From positions 28,706,001 to 28,770,000 of the forward strand of contig NC_043003.1 in assembly GCF_006345805.1 (NCBI RefSeq): a DNA stretch of 64,000 nt, written 5' to 3'. Shown here piece after piece: positions 52,906-64,000 of this stretch (within the stretch, counting starts at the first letter, position 1; every line of letters starts with the position of its first letter). This DNA comes from Octopus sinensis. Its lineage: Eukaryota. The notes under the pieces are model-generated. The model made no database searches. It was not told the DNA's origin and worked only from the letters and a program-made list of their open reading frames with translations. Position numbers and translations under genes: made by a program.

Positions 52906-53030
52906 TGACGTCAGAGTTGCTGACGTCAGTATATCATGAAGCAGTTGACAAGAGTGGAAGGAATGATGTAGTGAGCAAGATATAAAGCATTTCGGGGTTG
53001 ACCCCTTCATGGTTGAATGATTAGGTAATT
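52906..53030 (+). promoter_or_regulatory. Candidate cAMP-responsive core promoter: CRE, CRE, TATA, short exon 1, splice donor
   Basis: TGACGTCA 52906-52913 and 52921-52928; TATAAAG 52981-52987; TAG|GTAATT donor at 53025. Confidence 0.45.
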
Positions 53031-53469
53031 AATAAGTGATTTCTGATTAACATAGTTTTGATTGTGGTGGTGCCTGTGGTGGTGGTAGTGGTGGTAGTTT
53101 TTGACATTTTTGATACCATAATCATTACTATTATCGCTATTATAATTCATTTTACAATCCTCCTCCTCCTCCTCATCATCATCATCATCATCGTCGTCGT
53201 CGTCGTCGTTGTCGTCGTCGTCGTCGTCGTTGTCGTCGTCGTTGTCGTCATCGTCATCGTCGTCGTTGCCGTTATCATAGTCATCGGCATCACAAGCGTC
53301 ACGATCACTATCCTCCTCCTCCTACTCCTCGTGATCATCATCACCAACACCACCGTCGCCACCACCACCACCACCACCACCACCGCCGCCGCCGCCGCCG
53401 TTATCATCATCATCATCATCATCTTCCTCTTCCTCCTCATCATCATCATCTTCATCATCGCCACCTCTC

Positions 53470-55225
<1,756 letters not shown>

Positions 55226-55657
55226 GGGAGGCGAACTGGCAGAATCGTTACCAGGTCGGACAAACTGCTTAGCGGTATTTCTTCCAACTCTACATTCTGA
55301 GTTCAAATTACGCTGAGGTCGATTTTGCCTTTCATCCTTTTTAGAGCCATCGATGTAAAGCATTGCGCCCGATATAACCAAGTTGCTCCCTCCCTAAAAC
55401 ATTGCTGGCCTTGGGCCAAAATTAAAAAAGACTAATTATAGCTATTGCTATTGTTGTTGTTATAAGGGTGGTGGTGGCAGAAGCATTTTGGGCGTCTGTG
55501 AAACTACGTTCTGAGTTCAAATCCTGTCACGCTCAACTTTGCCTTTCATTTCAAGAGTTGGAGTCGATGGTAGCGATTAACTCAATCCTGTTGAAATGGT
55601 TCACCTTTTACTCGTATTGTGTCTACCATGTGAGACCCTATGCCACCACAATGTTAC

Positions 55658-55792
55658 CAATTCTTGCACAGAATGCTATCCCACAGAAATCTTTCCCTAT
55701 TGTCTATCACTAGCAGTTTGTCCAAGTATCTCACTGGTTTTAGAGGGCCAACAAATGCGAAAGACACAACTTCTCTCTCTTGATATAGACAT
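55658..55792 (-). CDS. Candidate internal exon (phase 2-2) CLYQEREVVSFAFVGPLKPVRYLDKLLVIDNRERFLWDSILCKN
   Basis: Strong T-rich tract plus TTTTAG acceptor, TG|GTAACA donor, 135 nt, only one frame open over the full length. Confidence 0.35.
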
Positions 55793-55961
55793 CTAAAATA
55801 AATATATGCATAAAAGAACAAAATGAAAACAAAAAGAAAACGAGACAATGTTATGATTCTTCCTTTTATCTGAATTTGCGTACCCAGGACCTTCGCATTG
55901 CTCCTACTAGGTTTATGCGACGATGATGCGGGAGTTTCACTTGCAATATTATAAGCTGGGT

Positions 55962-56395
55962 ACGGCGGCGAGCTGGCAGAATCCTTAGCACGCCGGGCAA
56001 AATGCTTAGTGGTATTTCATCCGTCCTTACGTTCTGAGTTCAAATTCTGCCGAGGTCCACTTTACCATTCATCATTTCGGGGTCGATGAATTATGTACCA
56101 GTTACGTACTAAGGTCAATTTAATCGACTGCCCCCTCCCCACCAAAATTTCGGGCCTTGTACCTAGAGTAGAAAAGAATACTATAAACTGGGTAAGGCGG
56201 CGAGCTGGTAGACTGCTTAGCGGTATTTCGTCCGTCCTTACGTTCTGAGTTCAAATTCCGCCGAGGTCGACTTTACCTTTCATCCTTTCGGGGTCGATAA
56301 ATTAAGTCCCAGTTGAGCTTTGGGGGTCGATATAATCGACATAAACCCACCCCCAAAATTGCTGGCGTTTAGTCAAAGTTTGAAACCAATATTAC
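55962..56395 (+). mobile_element. Two tandem SINE family B copies; other B fragments at 12390-12610, 42520-42690, 55225-55570, 62722-63095
   Basis: Heads (C/A)GGCGGCGAGCTGG at ~55963 and ~56195, each preceded by ATAA(G/A)CTGGGTA. Confidence 0.88.
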
Positions 56396-56714
56396 AACCT
56401 GGTCAATAAGTTTTTGCTGTCGTTTAGCGAAGACTTATGCTCATTAGTATTCCAAAAGTGACCTACCCTAAAAACTTTATTCTGTGCATGATGTCTCTTG
56501 GCCTACTTCATCCGATAGGTCATTCGTAAAGACACACGGTGATTGTGGTTGTGGTTGCAGTGATGGTGATGATAAGGGTAATGATGGCGATGGTTGCTGT
56601 GGTGACAGCAGTTGTGATGGCGGTGGTGGTGGTGGTGATGCTGAAGGTAGTATCTGTGGTGGTGGTTGTGATGATGGTGGTAATGGTAGTGAATGACAAT
56701 GGAAATGGTGATGG

Positions 56715-57120
56715 TGATGATGGCAATGTTGTTTTTGGTTATAGTCACGTTGGCGCTGGTGGAGGCACTAGTCGTGGTACTTGTGGCAGTACTGGTGATA
56801 GCGAAAGCAGTGGAGGTGAGGTTGGTGATGATGGTAATATCGGTAGGGGTGGTGATATCGGTGCTGGTGGTGGTGATGTCGGAGGTGGTGGTAATGACGG
56901 TCGTGGTGGTGATGGTGATGATGACAATGTTGTTTTTGGTTATAGTCACGTTGGCGCTGGTGGTGGCACTAGTCGTGGTACTTGTGGCAGTACTGGTGAT
57001 AGCGAAAGCAGTGGAGGTGAGGTTGGTGATGATGGTAATATCGGTAGGGGTGGTGATGTCGGTGGTGGTGGTGGTGATGTCGGAGGTGGTGGTAATGACG
57101 GTCGTGGTGGTGATGGTGAT
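56715..57120. repeat. 201-bp tandem duplication within a GGT/GAT low-complexity tract
   Basis: AATGTTGTTTTTGGTTATAGTCACGTTGGCGCTGG at 56725 and 56926. Confidence 0.9.
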
Positions 57121-58066
57121 GTCGGTGGTGGTGGTGAAGTCGGTGGTGGTGGTGAAGTCGGTGGTAGTAGTTGTGATGTCGGTGGGGGTGATGGTGGTGA
57201 TGTAATGTCGGTGGTGGTGATATCAGTGGTGGTTGTGATTTGTCGGTGGTGATGGTGATGTCAGTAGTGGTGGTGATGTCGGTGGTGGTGGTGATATCAG
57301 TGGTGGTGGTGATATCGGTGGTGGTGGTGGTGGTGGCGGTGGGGATCTCGGTTGTGATGTTGTTGGTTAGAGTACTACTTGTGGTGGCAGTTGTGGCGCA
57401 GTGACGATGAGGATAAAGGTGGTGATGGTGGTGGTGGTGGTGGGGAGACCGATGATAGTGGTGGTGTGGGGAGACCGATGATAGTGGTGGTGGTGGGGAG
57501 ACCGATGATAGTGGTGGTGTTGGTTGAGAGACATTTGATAGTGTGGTGGTGGTGGAGAGACCGGTGATAGTCTTTACGTGATTTGACTGTCGTTTTACAC
57601 TCTCCATCAAGAGCGACACCAATTCCACGAAGGCAAAACATGGTTTAACCTTGAACTGGTAGACAGATGTAGCACTCTGAGGAAATTGGTGGTAGTGGTG
57701 GTGGTGGTGTGGTGGTGGTGGTGGTGATGGCGGTGATGGTGATTGTGATGATGATGTTGATGATGTTGGTAGTGCTCATGTGGATGACTGAAGTGTTGTT
57801 GCAGTCGGCACGGAAGCTGTTGTTGTTGTTGCTGTTGTTGTTGTTGTTATTGCTATGTTGTTTGCTGTTGTGTTATTTGTGGTGATGGTGGTGGTGGTGG
57901 TGGTGGTGGTAGGAGGTAATGATGACAATGAAGACGTGTATGCCAGCTAAAAAATTAATTTAGGCAATAAAAAATGTCCACCAGTTCAAATAAATTTGTA
58001 TGCGATAGGGGGAGGTGGAAACTGGCGTCTAAAACAGAGAGAGAGAGACAGACAGACAGAGAGAGG

Positions 58067-58102
<36 letters not shown>

Positions 58103-58161
58103 AGCAGACAGACAGAGAGACGGGTTCAGAGAAAAACAAATGGATTAAATATTTATTTTAC

Positions 58162-58227
<66 letters not shown>

Positions 58228-58251
58228 CATTATTATTATTATCATTATCAA

Positions 58252-58300
<49 letters not shown>

Positions 58301-59133
58301 GTTTTTGTCAAAAAGTTAAAATGTTCGACATTGAAATTTAATGCAAAAGTCACGAGACACATTGATCTTGTTTAGAATAGTACCAGTGGCAGTGGTGGCG
58401 GTGAAGGTGGTGGTGATAGTGGTAGTGGTGGTGGTGGTGGTGACGGTGGTACTTTTTGTGCTGGTGCTAGTCGTAATAGTGGTGGTGGTGATGATAGTTG
58501 TAGTGGTGGTAAGGTGAAGGCGGTGGTAAGGTGATGGTGGTGGTAAAGTGATGGTAGTGGTGGTGATGATGGTAGTAGTGGTTGTGGTAATGGTGGTGGG
58601 ATGGTGGTGGTAGTGGTTATTGTAGTGGTAACGGTGGTAATGATGGTGGTGGCCACGGTGATAATGAGGTAGCTTTTGCTGGTGGTGCTACCAGTGGTTG
58701 TGATGGCAGCGTGTATTTGTTGCACTGTTGGTAGTAGTGGTGGTGGTGGTCTTGGTGGTAGTGTTGGTGGTGGAACATCACAGTTTATGATGCGAGTAAT
58801 GGCGGCCATGTGCGTTAATGGTCAGATGGGTTGGTAAACTGTTGCTATTTGTCAGCTGAATAATTAAATAAAGAAGATAAATGAAAGATTCAGTGCAACA
58901 GCTTTATGGGTCTGAGACACCAATAACAAAAAAAAACAAAACACTTAGACACACACACACACACACGCGTATACATGCACGCACGGATCACCACGAACAC
59001 ACGCACATAATATATTGAAACATTTGCTTCTAACGCCAATGTCTGCAGTACCCCTTGACACTCGTGTCAAGCCACAGAACCAATAACCATCACATCACCA
59101 CTTTCCCCCACCACTTTTAAATAATATTGATAA

Positions 59134-59165
<32 letters not shown>

Positions 59166-59749
59166 AAGATGATGATGATGATGATGATGACAATAAAGAA
59201 GTATAGAAAAATCATTAACAAGCAGCCCTCAATTATCTCTATTGCAATCTCATAATAAACACTGTCCCCCAACCGACATTTGGAAACAGAAGTGTCAATA
59301 AACATCCTTATTCTTTCTATTCAAATATTTCATATGAAACAACATACGGTTGAACCTGACATTGCATAAAATAATATTTAGTTTAAAACTGAATGAAAAT
59401 ATAAAAAGGATAGCAAACATCACCCCTTTACCTCGCCACCCGACTCCTCTACGTATCACTTGTAAATACTAACGAAAAGAAAAAAAAAAGGAAAATGCTA
59501 TTACTTTTTTTAAAAAATTGTTTTTGATTAATGGAGATTTAAAAATTACGTCAAACGCGTGTGATATTTTCCTAAAATAGTTGTCTGGATTTATTGCTTG
59601 TTTAATGTATATACGCCATTAAAAGGTATGATGCTTGTGTTCTGTCTGAGAGAAAATTCATTCATAGACAAAATAAATTGAAAACATATGTCCCAGCAGT
59701 AACTACGAGAACACCTGAGGTGTTTCACTCTACTTGGGTCCCTACTTAC

Positions 59750-59805
59750 TTTGGGACCTGTCAATGCCGTGCAGCCGTCTGTCACTTGCTAGGTCGAAAT
59801 TCGTT
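59750..59805 (-). other. Candidate short exon (strong polypyrimidine tract, GTAAGT donor); coding status unclear
   Basis: TTTTTTTGTTTTTTTACTGCTTCCCGTACATCGAAG|...CCCAAA|GTAAGT; one frame is open (TNFDLASDRRLHGIDRSQ). Confidence 0.2.
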
Positions 59806-61074
59806 CTTCGATGTACGGGAAGCAGTAAAAAAACAAAAAAATTCTTTGGCCTTGCAGAAGCTTGCCAGGGTGTCGAAAACCCTAGTACATGCTTTTGAAA
59901 CAGTTATGTTTTTGGGTGTGTAATATAACGAACGTTGTCAGGGACACTGGTTTTGTTTGTTTGAATGTTTTGGGAGTAGTTTCACATTTGGTATGTATAT
60001 TTGCATGTGGGTGAGTCTGGTAGAGCGGAATGGGAAGGATAGTTTTAGAAGAGATTTATTTAGTATGGACAGTATGGAGTTGGATATAAAGTCGACACCG
60101 AATGTGGAAAGTTTTGCCTTTTTTTTTTCTCGCTGAAGTACAGATTATGGAACCATTTTGGTTGAGGGAGTATTAGAAGATCCAGAAAAGTTGAAAGGCT
60201 CGTTTTGGTAAAGCACAAAAAGGAACGGCCGTAGTTTGGAAAGTGAGAGATCTTGATGACTGTAAAATCCACAGAGGCATCTTTTGCAGTTCATTTCATG
60301 GTCCAAAGGTTTATTTGTATTTGCGACGGCATTCAACCGAATTGCGTTGACCCGGTTCCGTCCAACTAGTCATGTTCGAAGTTTCAGTGGAAATACAAGC
60401 TCACATGTGATCCCCGGTCACATGCATACACACGCAGAGGATTCACTAACCAATCACCGCCGATTAACGGAACAGACGTAGACAGAGTTTGAAGTGGATT
60501 CTAGAGAGAAGCTTTAACAATAGCTGAGAGGTGCCTCACTACCAGTAGTCATCCAGAATTCCGGACACCAACCCGGAATTTCTGAGGGCCCGTGCACCTG
60601 CTACCTAGTCGCTGAACCTACACTAGGTTTATCTATTATTTTGAGGAGTTACGATGCTGGGTTAAAGCTACTCACTTTGTAACGAACAATAAATAACCTG
60701 AATAGCAAAGGATGAGATTGGAGCTGAGAGGTTTGTGTCTCGGAGTGTAACAGAATACGGAGTTTGTGTTACTAAAACTAATGCATTGGATTCCGACTCT
60801 ACAAATATTAGAGAAGGGGAGAAAGAATGGTGCAAGAATTTTCCGTTTAGTCTGTAATATTTAGGGAATTCTTTATCTTTTATCTTTTACTTGTTTCAGT
60901 CATTAGACTGCGGCCACCCTGGGGCACTGCCTTGAAGAACTTTTAGTCAAATGAATCGACCCAAGTACTCTTTTCTTTCTATCGACATCTCTGGCCGAAC
61001 AGCTAGGTTACGGGGATGTAAATACACCAGCACTTGTCAAGCGGTGCTGGGGGACAAACACAGACACAAGGACA

Positions 61075-61190
<116 letters not shown>

Positions 61191-61984
61191 CACGCACACA
61201 CAGAGGATGGGCTTCTTCAGTTTCCGTCTACCAAATCTACTCGTAAGGCTTTGGTTGGCCCGAAGATATAGTAGAAAACAGTTGCCCAAGATGCCACGAC
61301 GTAGGACTGAACCTGGAACCATGTAGTTGAGAAGCAATGTCATCACCTCTTGAGAACAACGTGAATCTTTTGCAGGGGCGGGGGACCAGTGTTTGTTATG
61401 GAGCGAACCTCGTTAAAGGCGCTTATGTGCAAGGAGATTATGTTCAGCCGAGTGGCGTGATGTGGCTAGCAACCAAACATGGCAGAATATATTTGTTAAC
61501 TACAATGTAACCATTCACGCGATGAGAATCAAAGTCGAATTACATGAATCTTGTGTGTTGTTGTTGCTGTTGCTTGTGCTGCCACTGTTTTCTTCTTCTT
61601 CTTCTTCTTCTTCTTCTTCTTCTTCTTCTTCTTCTTCTTCTTCTTCTTTTTTTTTTTCTTCTTCTTCTTCTTCTCTTCTTCTTCTTCTTTTCTTCTTCTT
61701 CTTCTTCTTCTTCTTCTTCCAATCAGGACTTACCCCATTAGCCACAAAGAGTAATCTCTAATTCGAGCCTACTCTAAGCTACTAAGAATGCCTGTGGCAA
61801 CTTGAAGATCCACCCACCACATGCAATAGACTGGCGGTTGCACGGGCGCTAAATCTACGTTGTTATCTTCATTCCGTAAACGGTTGCTTTTAACGGGTGG
61901 AGAGCTGAACCATCCTGGGGTACAGAGGATTCGCAATCTAGACTAGGGTCTGAAAGTTTACCACACCATAGTGGGTTACACCAT

Positions 61985-62198
61985 GGTTCCTCTGTTTTGT
62001 GGCAGAAGTAGGAAGAAAGAGTGAGAGAAAGTTGTGGTGAAAGAATACAGCGGAGTCCCCTTCCCCGCCCGCCGGAGCCTCGTGAAGCTTAGGTGTTTTT
62101 GCTCAATAAACACTCACAATGCCCAACCTGGGAATCGAAACCGCGTTCTTACGACCGCGTGTCCGCTGCCCTGACCACTAGCCCATTGCGCCTCCACT
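61985..62198 (-). mobile_element. SINE family F, tRNA-derived head with clear A and B boxes
   Basis: Minus strand GTGGAGGCGCAATGGGCTAGTGGTCAGGGCAGCGGAC..GCGGTTTCGATTCCCAGG..TGAGTGTTTATTGAGC. Confidence 0.8.
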
Positions 62199-63183
62199 GC
62201 TGTTGCTGCTGCTGCTGCTGCTCTTGCTGTTCTTATCTCTGCTGTCATCGCTGTTAAATGTGTGAATAGGGTAACGAAATAGGGTTAAATGTGTGAATAG
62301 GGTAACATTAGTAGATAGATCGTTTGACATTTCGTTTGCTTTATACAATCAGTATTCAATGCATCTCAATGAAGGACATAAAGTCGTTTACAGATATGTT
62401 TGATAAACTTGTAACTATTTATTCATGTGAAATTGTCGGAGAATTAATTATCCGGCAGACTGATGTCTTAGAGATGATGCCACACTATGTTCTTCCATTG
62501 CCTTAATTATCCAGTAGAATCACGTGTACATTCACAATTATCCAGTGAACACATATACATATACACATACACACACTAACGTGTGCACCAGACATAGAAC
62601 GAAATCTTTATAGTTGGATCTTTGTGATAGGAAAACGTGTCTCCTTTCGTTGGTGTTGGTTTTAATTTGAGATAACGATATATTATGCCGATGTTATCGA
62701 AAATTATAAAGGCCACTTGCAGACAGAATCGTTAGCTCGCCGGGAAATTTGCTTATCAGCATTTCGACCGTCATTACGTTCTGAATTCAATATCTGTCAA
62801 GGTCGATTTTGCATTTCATCATGGTTGATAAAATGAATGCCAGTTAAGAACTAGGGTCTTGTAATCGAATTGCTGGCTATGCACCAAAACAATATTATTC
62901 TTTTCTACTCTAGGCACAAGGTCCGAAATTTTTTGGGAGGAGTACAGTTGATTAGATCGAATCCTGTATACAGCTGGTTCTTAATTTATCGACCCCGAAA
63001 GGAGGAAAGGCAAAATCGACCTAGGCAGAATTTGAACTCAGAACGTAGCGGCGGACGAAATACCACTAAGCATTTCGCCCGGTGTGCTAACGTTTATTGA
63101 CAATTATTAATCACTCAAGGAAAGAAAAACCACTTAGTGTGGAAACTATAGCAGAGAGTATGCCTACACTCACCACACCACAC

Positions 63184-63237
<54 letters not shown>

Positions 63238-63851
63238 CGCGCACACACACACACACAACACACACACATACACACACTCACTCACTCACACAGACAATCA
63301 CATACACAAACACGCACATACACACATATGCATGAGATCTGGTATACACAACTGAGGTGTTAACTGAAAATAGCCATCTATGTATCATACTTAATGCGTA
63401 CGCAAAGGCAGAAAAGCATCTAATGCTTGCAGTCGCTGCACCTGTTTCAAAATTTCGCCTTTCTCCCAAATATTTATCGTATTTTTAACACTGCAAGTCC
63501 CTGAAGGGTATTACCTGAAGAAAACTACACCAGTAATATCAACATTGTGTTTACATCAAGTATGATCCAATAATGGCTATACATGCATAGATATATATGC
63601 ACGTATACACACATAAAAACACACAAACATACATACATATATGTATGTATATATATATATGTACAGACTCTGATAGCTTGAGACTCAGACTACCAAGGAT
63701 TTTGAATCAAACTATTTTGATCCATACATGTAACTCCCAATAAATGCGTTGAGTGCCCTTCCCTGAACCTCTTATTAATACTTTGCATGTACTACGTCCT
63801 TATGTTGTTGTTTTTTTCTTGTCATTTTTCTCCGTTATTTTGATTAATTAT

Positions 63852-63921
<70 letters not shown>

Positions 63922-64000
63922 CGGCGTTTGTCTACTGATTATGTAGAGTCTGATCACCTCTTGTGCCTACACTTTAGATTCATCATGGCGTCCGATGTGG

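Noticed and set aside
56539-57252. 237-aa ORF with a Gly-rich repeat resembling a structural protein
   Set aside because: It is built from GGT/GAT repeats plus a 201-bp tandem duplication, overlapping frames are also open, and it has no signal peptide or splice context.
61985-62198. tRNA gene (also the heads of SINE families A, B and D)
   Set aside because: A and B boxes are present, but the acceptor stem is not completed and the sequence continues into a SINE body.

Overview
Eukaryotic, AT-rich DNA that is mostly microsatellites and decayed transposable elements. The SINE families and the TA/CA/TATG/TAA/GAT repeat load suggest an octopus-like cephalopod; this is inference from sequence only. 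No intact protein-coding gene, rRNA, tRNA or CRISPR array can be supported, and almost all track ORFs are simple-repeat translations. Recognisable elements: two mariner remnants; fragments of several non-LTR retrotransposon types (two R4/Dong-like RLE, one Hero-like RLE, RTE-X, RTE-BovB, two L1/Tx1, CR1); Penelope-like remnants with hammerhead-like motifs; a Helitron-like non-autonomous element; MITE-like foldbacks; at least four tRNA-derived SINE families; and a ~550-bp element flanked on both sides by (ATT)n. Possible genic signals, none confirmed: a signal-peptide-like first exon (6588-6710), minus-strand candidate exons (15157-15246, 55658-55792 and others), a CRE-CRE-TATA-donor promoter-like array (52906-53030) and a near-perfect 71-nt hairpin (46133-46203). 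A 100-N assembly gap lies at 18259-18358.
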